Shown here: piece after piece, positions 9,001 to 17,782 of the stretch
Numbering within the stretch: position 1 is the first letter of the stretch
How the letters are laid out: every line of letters begins with the position of its first letter
NCBI GenBank assembly: GCA_038065955.1
Contig: JBBTPY010000007.1
Location: 29,232-93,231 of the forward strand
Length of the DNA: 64,000 nucleotides
Origin: Patescibacteria group bacterium
GTDB lineage: Bacteria; Patescibacteriota; Minisyncoccia; UBA6257; UBA9933
Reading direction: 5' to 3'
Position numbers and translations under genes: made by a program
Notes under the pieces: generated by a model
Database searches by the model: none
What the model saw: only the letters and a program-made list of their open reading frames with translations
Told to the model about the DNA's origin: nothing

Positions 9001-10922
9001 ACGCATTGTTTAAAACTCGCTATCTGCTGTATTTGTTGCGTCTGTTGTAGGCTACTGGTTGCTTGTTGTATAGTGCTTGTCCCAGATAAAATTTGTTGTT
9101 GCGCCACTTCATTGTCTTCTTCTTCTTGAATTATTTGTTGTTGATTATTGATTGTCTGTTGTTGGTTGCTATTGACTTGTTTCGGCGTGCCGCCAATAAT
9201 TGCGGATGTCTGCCAATTAAAATCACTGCTCCGCTCCATTGTTTTTTTGGTTTGATTATTGCCGGCCGGCCAAGCGGACGTTGCCAAAACTTCATCAATT
9301 AATCCGCAATTTGGATTAAAAAGCCGCAAGCCTTCGTTAGTATTAGCAAGCGCGCCGGAATAAATTTTATCGGCTTTGACGCCCAGCGCGGCGGCGTCAT
9401 CCGTTCTTTCTAAAAGATAAAAACCGTTGGCGGGAATTTTATCGCTGTTGTTAAAAACAATTTTAATCTGTTCAGCCCGATCAATTAACTGATAGCCGTC
9501 TAAATTTATTTCATTAGAGGAAATGTTTTTCAATTCAATCCACTCGTCATCGGCGCTGTTCGCGCCGCCCATCCAGGCGACTTCGTTAATGATAATTTGC
9601 GAACGCGAAGGCGATTGTGAAACCGCGAACGAACATTGTTTTATCGGCGTTTGCGAAATTAACGATTGAGACGATTGATTCGCGGTTTGAGGCTGAGTTC
9701 CGTTGGTTTGATTTAAATCAATTTCTCCCACCGATTGAAAACCTTGATTACTATTAAAAATTCCGGAGAAAAAATCGTTAATCACAGAGCTTGTCTGAGC
9801 GAATAAAATCCGAGAATTCGTAGTTGTTTTGTCAATAATATTGATGGTATTCACCAACGCCAAACGAGGAGATTTTTTCAAATAACTTAGAACCGCTTCG
9901 TTAGAATCGGGAATTATTTCAGGCAATAATTCCGAATTTTGCTTGTATTTTTCAACTTCCTGAAAAAATAGGTTTAAAACGCTGGCGCCGGCCAGAACTG
10001 CTTGGGGGGCTAAATTTGAGAAATAGGAAGGAAGGACAAAAAATTCATCATTGAGAGTGTATTCTATTTTCATACCACTTTGTATATATTTTGCTAAATA
10101 TATTTTTTTCTCTGCATCTAATAAATAACCATTTTCCTTTTGCAATGTTTTTAAATTCGGCTTTATATATTCCTCATTATTAATCGTATCCTCTGAAAAG
10201 AAATTATTATTTGAATAAGTTGCCAAATACTCAAAAGCTGATTGAATAGTTAAAAAATTTGGAAGAGGTTTATTTTTTAAATTTTCGGCAATGTTTAATT
10301 TATTGAAATTAGTATATTTCTTAGAATATTCTTCATAAGGCGAACCGGGGTCACCGTATAAATCAGCATGAGTATCGTTTCTCGTGTGATCCGGAACCGA
10401 AACATCCTCAATTAAATGCAAAATATGTCCGAGAGCGATAAATGCTGATTTTTTATCGCCGTCAATATATGATTTAATAGCTTTTTGCCATGTTTGATTG
10501 CCATACTGCCGACCATAAACTGATTGATATTCTTGATTAGTCACCCAATCAATTGAGGCGATTGTCGGCTTTGGAGCCATTGATTCGCCTTTATAAAGTC
10601 CTTGTTCTTGGGTTAAATAACCAAAATGCCTTCCCTTCCAACCTTCTTTATATACGGGATCATAAAAATGATTTATCCACCTTGGGGCTTCGTCTTCGTC
10701 AATCGCTCCTTTTCTCATCCATTGAGTTTCATTGACGGAAATTTTTAAATCAGAATTGGCTGTTTTTGAATTAAAAAGTTTGGCGATTTCTTCGGTTAAA
10801 TCGGGGTGAGTATAATAAGGAGAATAAGCAAGAACAAAAAAAGCAATGAGTGATAATACTGCTAATACCATAATAAAAAATAAAAACTTTGTTTTTATTG
10901 ATTTTAATACAAAATTTTCCAT
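6063..10922 (-). CDS. Secreted multidomain protein: Zn-dependent phospholipase C/P1-nuclease-like domain, 4 lamin-tail domains, Fn3-like C-terminus
   Basis: Signal peptide ending VLA-YS; THPDLT, NHFYDP, LGHILHLIEDVSVPDH..H..YE zinc ligands; four I(N/S)E...IEL(K/Y)N LTD starts; PxxPxN..W Fn3-like ends. Confidence 0.82.
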   Translation of the reverse strand: MENFVLKSIKTKFLFFIMVLAVLSLIAFFVLAYSPYYTHPDLTEEIAKLFNSKTANSDLKISVNETQWMRKGAIDEDEAPRWINHFYDPVYKEGWKGRHFGYLTQEQGLYKGESMAPKPTIASIDWVTNQEYQSVYGRQYGNQTWQKAIKSYIDGDKKSAFIALGHILHLIEDVSVPDHTRNDTHADLYGDPGSPYEEYSKKYTNFNKLNIAENLKNKPLPNFLTIQSAFEYLATYSNNNFFSEDTINNEEYIKPNLKTLQKENGYLLDAEKKIYLAKYIQSGMKIEYTLNDEFFVLPSYFSNLAPQAVLAGASVLNLFFQEVEKYKQNSELLPEIIPDSNEAVLSYLKKSPRLALVNTINIIDKTTTNSRILFAQTSSVINDFFSGIFNSNQGFQSVGEIDLNQTNGTQPQTANQSSQSLISQTPIKQCSFAVSQSPSRSQIIINEVAWMGGANSADDEWIELKNISSNEINLDGYQLIDRAEQIKIVFNNSDKIPANGFYLLERTDDAAALGVKADKIYSGALANTNEGLRLFNPNCGLIDEVLATSAWPAGNNQTKKTMERSSDFNWQTSAIIGGTPKQVNSNQQQTINNQQQIIQEEEDNEVAQQQILSGTSTIQQATSSLQQTQQIQQIASFKQCVFNTAQSSSRQKVIINEVSWMGGSGDFGLTAADEWFELKNISNNEINLNGWQVIDKSENIKIIFNSGTKISTNGFYLLERTDDGSAPNISADKIYNGTLNNSDEGIRLFDEQCNLIDEVFAAPNWPAGDNGQKRTMERSPDFSWHTYNGIAQNGILGTPKRENSAPTAAASGGGTPTNNQPPITNNPPAKILISEIQIYPTGNRFIELYNPNNSAVDLTDWYLQRKTQTGANFGSSVSKTYFVNKVISAYGYFLISRNSLSGGDIILDDLTLTESNAIQLKNSNGEAVDKVGWGQASDCEGSCAAEPLSSQSIQRKFQNDEFIDTDNNAQDFEIQNCPSPKTQTAACQTNQTNQAPSAFFVNNLAISEIQVKGENQNDEFIEIYNPTDNAISLADYSIQYLSGTATSTDKISKKNFSNDSEIAAKSFYLVINSNATSSLKDKADMTYSAFSLSGISSGGAIFLVSATTVISDINDSAIIDSLSYGDFLLTVGIATSTVPDAGQSLERKAFSDGDCVSAQNENEFLGNSCDTDGATDFEIRGVSNPQNSQNFPEPRNAPVIPQNFNIDYSTSTMQLIFNWQESQDFSGGTSTLIYRIKEPNNASSTYRIRTYNLNGGYSEFNVSIIETALTSTAVFIDEVGRNYNFSVQAFDKEGLASETAISSISIPSFLSNLYFYKNPNYSDADYLIESFYGQYPFVPDVYQNGQNTSWKILVFYLNNKAEKREYIYSSITSSFPTWPSAWPQEILDKVLKVQFNICSGGNSSNREMLILPDIKEQCGVWGGMMNSAMQYGDLEDNHFIIKANDVGFNANDNNINFVSGDYLTVAYYSFVNSSRWSGGTDNFRLVAVDKTKYYFGNEPIHRPPTVPLNLTTIFNGTSSNLIISWDNSTDPDTIDGSIKYELNYHLIDEELDENNWGEAVKAGYQIRNDAGNISPIIQTAPAIPVLFDNSYKIYIRAKDEFGNYSEVISTEWFYPVFLE

Positions 10923-11425
10923 ACCCTAGTATAAGGATTAAGATAAAATTCTATTGTATTTTTGAACGGCTCTCCGGTTTCTAAATCTTTAACCATATAG
11001 TAATAATAGGCGCGTTCCTTATCAGCCAATATAAAATCAGGCAATGATTCATTTTTTTGAAGAGGCGAGGAAAGTTGTTCCAAGTATAATTTCAAATTAT
11101 CTCTATTTTTTTCACTTAAAAAAATTTGTTTTTTCTTTTCCTGCTTTCCAACCGCAAAATATTTACTTGCCAAATCAATATCTCCTTTTTTCAACGCATC
11201 TAGGTACATCGCCCATGTTTCTTCGGGGGTCTTGCCGCCGTAAGTGTCTTCTTTGTAGGGCTGTTCCAACGCTCCCTGAAAACGCTCAACTGATTTATCT
11301 ACTTTTCTGACATCAATTTTGTATTTAATTATTCCTCCGGCAAAAAAACCTAAAATGGCGATAATAGCAAAAATAACGACAACCACAAACGCTCTCGCAA
11401 TTTTTTGAATAAATATTTTTTCCAT
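10904..11425 (-). CDS. Membrane-anchored hypothetical protein (GGKTPEET...ALKKGD...ASKYF type, NTF2-like fold suspected)
   Basis: N-terminal TM; 19-bp overlap with the PLC/LTD gene. Confidence 0.8.
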   Translation of the reverse strand: MEKIFIQKIARAFVVVVIFAIIAILGFFAGGIIKYKIDVRKVDKSVERFQGALEQPYKEDTYGGKTPEETWAMYLDALKKGDIDLASKYFAVGKQEKKKQIFLSEKNRDNLKLYLEQLSSPLQKNESLPDFILADKERAYYYYMVKDLETGEPFKNTIEFYLNPYTRVWKILY

Positions 11426-11429
11426 AATT

Positions 11430-11594
11430 TTAAAACGGCTTTAACGCGTCCCAAAATGTCGGACCCGCGCCGAACCATTTTTCTTCGTAAGAAACCAAGG
11501 TGCCACTAATATAACCGATAACAAAAAAGGCTATTAAAATAATAATGGCGGATATTATAAATTTTTTTGATTTTAAAAAAGAAAGCGTAAACAT
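11430..11594 (-). CDS. Small single-TM protein (54 aa)
   Basis: Manual translation MFTLSFLKSKKFIISAIIILIAFFVIGYISGTLVSYEEKWFGAGPTFWDALKPF*. The stop lies 4 nt before the next ATG. Confidence 0.6.
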   Translation of the reverse strand: MFTLSFLKSKKFIISAIIILIAFFVIGYISGTLVSYEEKWFGAGPTFWDALKPF

Positions 11595-11675
11595 TAAAAA
11601 TAAATAAATTTCTATTCATAATCGCGGCCAAAACCTTGATTTTCCCGCCTTGTAAATACAAATTTTATTATTCTA

Positions 11676-11703
11676 AATATAATATATTGATTTAAAATGT
11701 CAA
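11676..11703 (-). promoter_or_regulatory. Putative sigma70 promoter for the small-TM/partner/PLC-LTD unit
   Basis: Minus strand TTGACA-N16-TATATT. Confidence 0.45.
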
Positions 11704-11792
11704 TACATTTTAAGTATATATACCCGACCCAATCGCGCCAAACCTAATATTCATTTAGCGCTAATATACGCCTAATTTTTATTTTATTTTTA

Positions 11793-12716
11793 TTATTTTT
11801 TCTTTAAATAATCGTAAATGTTCAGCGTTGCCTTAACGGCGTCGCCGATGGCGGTGCTGATTTGATTATACAAAGAATCAGCGATGTCTCCGGCGGCCCA
11901 TATACCTTCCAGAGAAGCCTGGTGAGTTTGATGATTAACAATAATTTCCCCCTTCTCGTTAAGTTTGACCAAGTCTTTAACTAAATCGGTATTGGGACGA
12001 TAACCGATAGAAATAAAAACGCCGTTTAATTTTACTTCTTTAACTTCGCCAGTTTTTCTGTCTTCATATTTAAGACCGCTGACGAATTTATTTCCTAAAA
12101 TTTCTTTAACCGCCGCCATCGCGCAAATTTCAACTTTTCCGGAATTTTTTATTTTATCAATATAAATCGGATCGCCTTTTAAATTTTCAGAGTATTCAAA
12201 AAGATAAATTTTATCGGCGTAAGGCAATAAATCAATTACGCTTTCAAGGCCGGAATTTCCGCCGCCGACTACCGCCGCGGCTTTCCCCTTCATCAAAGGC
12301 GCGTCGCAAATAGTACAATAAAACACTCCCTTGCCGGTAAATTCCGCCTCGCCGGGCACATTAAGCCGCCGCGACGAAGAACCCATCGCGATTAAAATTG
12401 TTTTTGTCTCAATCGTTTCTCCTTCATCGGTAATAACCAAAAAGTCGCCGCCCTTTTTTTCTATTTTCTCAATTTTTGTCCCTTCTTTAATATCAATAAG
12501 ATTTGACTGGCCGCGCAATTGCTCTTCAAGCTTGTTTTTCAATTCAACGCCGCTGATTGATTTATAGCCGATGAAATTATTTATCGTATCCGAAATCACC
12601 GCCTGGCCGCCGAAAGAATCGGTAATCAACAACGCTTTGATTTTTTTTCGGCTGGCATAAATTCCGGCCGCCACGCCGGCCGGTCCGCCGCCGATAATAA
12701 TTAAATCGTATATCAT
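11793..12716 (-). CDS. trxB: Thioredoxin reductase (TrxB/AhpF-like FAD oxidoreductase)
   Basis: IIGGGPAG, YCTICD redox CxxC, VGGGNSG, AAGD. Start placed at MIYDLIII (12716). Confidence 0.92.
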   Translation of the reverse strand: MIYDLIIIGGGPAGVAAGIYASRKKIKALLITDSFGGQAVISDTINNFIGYKSISGVELKNKLEEQLRGQSNLIDIKEGTKIEKIEKKGGDFLVITDEGETIETKTILIAMGSSSRRLNVPGEAEFTGKGVFYCTICDAPLMKGKAAAVVGGGNSGLESVIDLLPYADKIYLFEYSENLKGDPIYIDKIKNSGKVEICAMAAVKEILGNKFVSGLKYEDRKTGEVKEVKLNGVFISIGYRPNTDLVKDLVKLNEKGEIIVNHQTHQASLEGIWAAGDIADSLYNQISTAIGDAVKATLNIYDYLKKK

Positions 12717-12730
12717 AAAAAAATTATATA

Positions 12731-12768
12731 TAAAAAAATTCGCCATGACAACGCCAAGGCGAATTTTT
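12731..12768 (-). terminator. Intrinsic terminator-like hairpin between glutaredoxin and trxB
   Basis: AAAAATTCGCC-N13-GGCGAATTTTT, followed by a T-run on the minus strand. Confidence 0.6.
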
Positions 12769-12779
12769 ATAATAAACGA

Positions 12780-13013
12780 TTATTTTGCCGCTCCTAAAAC
12801 TTTATCAATTTCGGAACGATTGAATCCAACAATAATTACGCCGTCAATATCGAGCACCGGCACGCCCATTTGATTGGATTTATTAATCATTTCTTCACGG
12901 GCTTTTTCATCGCTGGAAACGTCAAATTCCTCATATTGGACGCCTTTCTGTTTGAAATAATCCTTTGCCATTACGCAATAAGGACAAGTTTGAGTAGTAT
13001 AAATTTTAATCAT
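12780..13013 (-). CDS. Glutaredoxin / NrdH-redoxin
   Basis: CPYC active site; QMGVPV; IVGF; 77 aa. Confidence 0.93.
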   Translation of the reverse strand: MIKIYTTQTCPYCVMAKDYFKQKGVQYEEFDVSSDEKAREEMINKSNQMGVPVLDIDGVIIVGFNRSEIDKVLGAAK

Positions 13014-13016
13014 ATT

Positions 13017-13199
13017 TTATTGAATCGAAGACGCTGAAGATTTCTCGCCGAACAATTCCCATAAAGCGAAAATTATAATCAAAACGCCGGAAACCACATT
13101 GCTCCACAGCGCGACCGTCAAAGCGGAAAAATCAAGCGCCCATGGTGAAATTAAAATCCAGAGGCCTAAAACTAAAATAACCCAATTAAGCAACTTCAT
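13017..13199 (-). CDS. SPW-repeat small membrane protein
   Basis: LGLWILISPWAL motif, two TMs. Confidence 0.8.
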   Translation of the reverse strand: MKLLNWVILVLGLWILISPWALDFSALTVALWSNVVSGVLIIIFALWELFGEKSSASSIQ

Positions 13200-13257
13200 A
13201 TTTGAATAAAAATTAAGCGACCTTTTATAAATTATAAAATGTTAATATAATAAATCA

Positions 13258-14583
13258 ATGTTCATTTTAAAAATTAGAACCGCTTTAATTATATTAGGAG
13301 ACGCCGTTTCTCTTTATACTTCGCTCATTATTACTCTTTTAATCCGTTACGGAACGGATGGTTTTTCCGGCCCTTTTTATTCCCATTTTAAGCCGTTTTC
13401 TTTTATTTTTATCGTCTGGTTTTTAATTTTTTATCTTTTTGACCTTTATCAGGAACGATTTTTCAAACACAGTCCGGCAACGGCTCAAACTTTTTCCCTG
13501 GCCGTAAGCGCGAGTATCGTCGCCTCTATAATAATTTTCTACGCTTTTGAGCCGTTTTTCAGACTAACGCCAAAAACAAATCTTTTGATTTTCGGTCTGA
13601 TTTTTGGAATTTCAAACTACTTTTTGCGCCTTGTTTTGGCGCGATTGTTCATTTCCGGCGGCTGGCGAAAAAAAATAATTTTTATCGGCGATTCGCCAAT
13701 TTTCGCTTCTTTGGCCGAATATATTAAAAATAACCCTCAAGCCGGATATAACATTAATTTATGGCTTAAAAAATTAAGTGAAGAAAAATTTTCGAATTTA
13801 ATTGAATCAATTAAAAAAAATGAAGTTGAAATGGCTATCGTCGACGCCGGCGTTAAAAATAATCACTTAAACATTAAATTTATTTATCGGCTCCTGCCTT
13901 TGGAAATAAAAATTATGGACCTTTCGCGTTTTTACGAAACAATTTTTCAAAAAGTGCCTTTAGAAGAAATCAAAGAAAGCTGGTTTATTGAAGAAATCAC
14001 TCTTGGCCGCCGCTTTTACGATATGTTTAAAAGAACAATCGATTTAACTCTTTCTCTTATTTTAAATATTATCCTCTTGCCGATAATTATTATCATCGCT
14101 TTATTGGTAAAAATCAGCTCTGAAGGTTCGGTTATTTATAAACAAGAAAGAATAGGAAAAAATAACCGTCCGTTTATCCTTTATAAATTCAGAACGATGA
14201 AAATCGACGAAACGGGCCCGCTCTGGACAGACAAAAACGACCCCCGCCTTACCTTTTTCGGCAAAATTATCCGCTGGACTCATCTGGACGAACTGCCCCA
14301 GCTTTTTAACATCTTAAAAGGCGACATTTCTTTTATCGGACCGCGGCCGGAACGAACGGAATTGACTGATTTATATAAAAAATTGCCTTACTATGAAATC
14401 CGACATACTATTAAACCCGGTTTAACCGGCTGGGCGCAGGTCAATTACAAACCGAGCGCGTCGCTTAAAGAAGCCAGAGAAAAACTTCAATACGATTTTT
14501 ATTACATTAAAAACCGCTCGCTGATTCTGGATTTATTAATACTTTTAAAAACTGTTAGATATTTATTTTTATCGCATCAATGA
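13258..14583 (+). CDS. Priming polyprenyl-phosphate glycosylphosphotransferase (WcaJ/WbaP family)
   Basis: 4 N-terminal TMs; KRTIDL, KFRTM, LDELPQL, GPRPE, KPGLTGWAQV. Confidence 0.95.
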   Translation: MFILKIRTALIILGDAVSLYTSLIITLLIRYGTDGFSGPFYSHFKPFSFIFIVWFLIFYLFDLYQERFFKHSPATAQTFSLAVSASIVASIIIFYAFEPFFRLTPKTNLLIFGLIFGISNYFLRLVLARLFISGGWRKKIIFIGDSPIFASLAEYIKNNPQAGYNINLWLKKLSEEKFSNLIESIKKNEVEMAIVDAGVKNNHLNIKFIYRLLPLEIKIMDLSRFYETIFQKVPLEEIKESWFIEEITLGRRFYDMFKRTIDLTLSLILNIILLPIIIIIALLVKISSEGSVIYKQERIGKNNRPFILYKFRTMKIDETGPLWTDKNDPRLTFFGKIIRWTHLDELPQLFNILKGDISFIGPRPERTELTDLYKKLPYYEIRHTIKPGLTGWAQVNYKPSASLKEAREKLQYDFYYIKNRSLILDLLILLKTVRYLFLSHQ

Positions 14584-16049
14584 TTAACCGTCTTAAGGAT
14601 TTACTGTTTACAAACCGCGGCGTCAGACAAACCGTTGTTAAAAACGTTTTTTGGCTCGGCATCGGGCAAGTTGGAAGCCGCTTAATAAGAGCGGCGATTA
14701 TTATTTACGCGGCGCGAATTTTAGGCGCGGCCGAATACGGAGTATTTTCGTATGTTTTAAGCTTAGCCGGATTTTTCACTATTTTCGCGGATTTAGGAGT
14801 GAGCCCGCTTCTGACGCGCGAAATCGCCGGCCGTCCGGACAAGCGCGCGACATATTTCGCCAGCGCTTTTTGGCTCAAAAACATATTGCTGGCGATTACC
14901 GCGGTTTTGATTATTTTCGCCGCTCCGAAATTTTCCAATATAGAAGCAGCTGTCGCTTTGCTTCCCTTTGTCGCTTTGCTCGTACTTTTTGACAATTTCC
15001 GCGATTTTACCTTCGCCTATTTCAGAGGAATCGAAAAAATGGAACGGGAAGCGATTTTAACTGTCATTATGAATACGGCAATTGCCGTCGCCGGTTTCAT
15101 CATTTTGCGATTTTACCAAACCGCCGGCGCTCTGCTGTTTTCTTACATCGCCAGCGTCGCGATTCTAAGCGTTGTCGCGTTTTATTTCGTTAAGAACTTT
15201 ATCAAGGGAATATTTAAAAATTTTGACAAAGAAATTTTTAAACAATTTTTCCACGATTGCTGGCCGCTGGCTTTTAGCGGATTATTCGGAATTTTTATGC
15301 TTAATATTGATATCGTGATGCTCGGCTGGTGGCGGACTGCCGAAGAAATCGGCTATTATTCGGCCAGCCAAAGAATTGTCCAGATACTTTATACTCTGCC
15401 GGCAATACTCGCCAGCGCGATTTTCCCAGCGGCGGCGCGTTTTATTAAACAAAACGAAACAGAAAAAGCGCGCGGCCTCAGCGAAAAATCAATGACATTT
15501 TTGTATCTTATCGCGATTCCACTAACAATCGGCGGAATTATTTTAGGCGTTCCCATAATAAAATTCGTATTCGGCGAAGAATATTTGCCGGCATCCGCGT
15601 CGTTTCAAATATTAATAGCCACATTGCTTATCCATTTCCCGGGCGCGATTCTCGGCAACTTAATAATGGCGCATAATCAGCAAAAGCGCCTCGTTAAATA
15701 CGTTGCTATCGGTTCCGCGAGCAATATCGTTTTTAACGTTTTATTAATTCCTCCTTTCGGCATCGTCGGTTCCGCGATCGCCACATTAATTTCCCAATTC
15801 GCTTATTTCACGCCGGTCTGGTTTAAAATAAAACAAATTAGCAATTTCCAAACCTTGCGCTATTTAAAAAAAATAATCGCCGGCGCGATTATTATGGGAA
15901 TTTTAAGTTATATGTTTAACAAATTCGAACTGAACGTAATTATTAACATAATCTTCTCCGCCGGAATTTATTTCGGAATACTTTATTTAATAAAAGAAAA
16001 AATTTTAGAAGAAATAATATCTCTTTTCAAGAAGGTTAATTTGCCTTAA
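14580..16049 (+). CDS. wzx: Wzx-type flippase (paralog 1)
   Basis: About 14 TMs; ARILGAAEYG, DLG...REIA, DIVMLG...GYYSA; ATGA overlap with the sugar transferase. Confidence 0.92.
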   Translation: MINRLKDLLFTNRGVRQTVVKNVFWLGIGQVGSRLIRAAIIIYAARILGAAEYGVFSYVLSLAGFFTIFADLGVSPLLTREIAGRPDKRATYFASAFWLKNILLAITAVLIIFAAPKFSNIEAAVALLPFVALLVLFDNFRDFTFAYFRGIEKMEREAILTVIMNTAIAVAGFIILRFYQTAGALLFSYIASVAILSVVAFYFVKNFIKGIFKNFDKEIFKQFFHDCWPLAFSGLFGIFMLNIDIVMLGWWRTAEEIGYYSASQRIVQILYTLPAILASAIFPAAARFIKQNETEKARGLSEKSMTFLYLIAIPLTIGGIILGVPIIKFVFGEEYLPASASFQILIATLLIHFPGAILGNLIMAHNQQKRLVKYVAIGSASNIVFNVLLIPPFGIVGSAIATLISQFAYFTPVWFKIKQISNFQTLRYLKKIIAGAIIMGILSYMFNKFELNVIINIIFSAGIYFGILYLIKEKILEEIISLFKKVNLP

Positions 16050-16078
16050 TCAATATTTTGAAACTTTACCCAAAATTA

Positions 16079-17710
16079 TTAATTGATTTTTCCTTCGGTA
16101 TATTTTAAGAATTCTTTTTTCGCCTCATCATATCTATTCCCCCAGTTTTTTGCCTCCTGAAGTTTTTCTTCCAGGTCAAGCATTATTTTTGTAGTGGTTA
16201 TAATTGAATGAATAGAATCTCCCTCTTCGTTGTGAGCAATTTTTCGACTAATAGTTTGATACATATCTCGATAACTCGTTGGTTTAAAAACTTTCCGTTT
16301 TCTTATAATCCGTTGGTTATCTTCGGAAAGATAATGAGTAGCATCCGTGATTCTAACGATTTTTCCAGTTACTTTTAATTCAACAATATCTTTGGGTCCA
16401 ACTCTGGAACTGCCCTTTTCGCTAAACGTTGAAGTTAATGTGGCGCCGTTTTCTAATTCTATCCAAACAACAATAGTGTTATCTGCTAAAACATGAAGGC
16501 CGAAATCCTTTGGCACACTGAAATTGTTTAGATAAAGAAAGTGATCAATTTGATGACAGGCATTGGCAAAAAATGTACTACGAGAAACCGGCCATGTATA
16601 CCAAAAAAATTCTGGCTGTTTTAATTCATAAACAATAGAATTGTAAAAAATCGGTTCGCCGTATGTTACTCCCATATCCTTTAAAGCCCATTTATTAAAA
16701 GGACCATAACGTTTTTGAAAACCAATAAAAAGACGCGGGCCTGATTTTTTTAAAGCTGCTTCTAGTTCGTTTAGTTCTTGATAATCATTTACGACGGGTT
16801 TTTCTACTACTGCATAAGCACCTTGATTTAAAGCGTGAATAGCGAGAGGCGCATGAAAGTGATTATATGTTGCTATAAAATAAGCGTCTGCTTTTTCACC
16901 TTGATAATGAAATGGAGAAGTATTCCGCTCTTCTTTTTTTGTTGTAAAGAAAATTTGCGTAGGATCAATTTCGTGGATAATTTGAATGTCAATAAACCTT
17001 TTTGTATAAGGAATGATATTTGTTTTTGCGTAGTTTCCGAAACCAAAAAGAACGCCAATTTTTTTTGAAGAACGTTTTGCCATGCTCCTTGCTTTAGAAA
17101 CGGGCGATAATTCTTCAATAGATAAATGTTGGGAGTGGTCCCAGTCATTATTTTTTATTTCTAAATTTATTCCTTCAGATATTTGAGGTTTTAGATCATT
17201 TGAAATTTTCTTACCCGAATAAATACTCCATGCTTGGAAATTTTTCCACCAAGCGTGAGTTGCTGTTTCTTTAATAGTGATAGGAGAATATAGAATTTTC
17301 TGCGACGGCGTATTTGGTAAATCTTCTTTATTAACCTTAGAAAGCAATATTTCTGGTAAAACAATTCTTTCTACTAGGGCCGGATGCCAGGGCGCTAAAA
17401 ATTCGACCATATCCCCAGAAGAAAAAATTTGATTGTCGGCGGTTTCAATAATTTCTCCGAAACCGCAAGAAATGTATTTTTCGTTGCGGTAATCTTCGCG
17501 GAGACGCGACCAAACCTTGTAGAATAATCCTTCCATTCCCATCACCGGAAAATAATTTAAAAGCAAGCGCAAGCTTTTCGGCCGTGTATGGTAAACATTT
17601 TCCAGCTTGCCTAAATTTTTAAACCCCAAAACTTTTATTCGATATTCTGTTGGGTTTTTATGGTAATCCAAAAAGCCATCCCGCCATTTTTTATTTACTA
17701 AAATTTTCAT
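16079..17710 (-). CDS. Gfo/Idh/MocA-family oxidoreductase with N-terminal extension
   Basis: GFGNYA Rossmann motif, H...A..AL..G..VVEKP, GFQKRY, ACHQID. Confidence 0.8.
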   Translation of the reverse strand: MKILVNKKWRDGFLDYHKNPTEYRIKVLGFKNLGKLENVYHTRPKSLRLLLNYFPVMGMEGLFYKVWSRLREDYRNEKYISCGFGEIIETADNQIFSSGDMVEFLAPWHPALVERIVLPEILLSKVNKEDLPNTPSQKILYSPITIKETATHAWWKNFQAWSIYSGKKISNDLKPQISEGINLEIKNNDWDHSQHLSIEELSPVSKARSMAKRSSKKIGVLFGFGNYAKTNIIPYTKRFIDIQIIHEIDPTQIFFTTKKEERNTSPFHYQGEKADAYFIATYNHFHAPLAIHALNQGAYAVVEKPVVNDYQELNELEAALKKSGPRLFIGFQKRYGPFNKWALKDMGVTYGEPIFYNSIVYELKQPEFFWYTWPVSRSTFFANACHQIDHFLYLNNFSVPKDFGLHVLADNTIVVWIELENGATLTSTFSEKGSSRVGPKDIVELKVTGKIVRITDATHYLSEDNQRIIRKRKVFKPTSYRDMYQTISRKIAHNEEGDSIHSIITTTKIMLDLEEKLQEAKNWGNRYDEAKKEFLKYTEGKIN

Positions 17711-17717
17711 ACTGTTA

Positions 17718-17747
17718 ATTATAATTTATAAGAAATCTTTTTGTCAA
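17718..17747 (-). promoter_or_regulatory. Consensus sigma70 promoter, probably leaderless
   Basis: TTGACA-N18-TATAAT; the -10 box ends 7 nt before the ATG at 17710. Confidence 0.7.
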
Positions 17748-17782
17748 TATGTTGTACTCGTCCATATAAAGTTTTTAATGGT

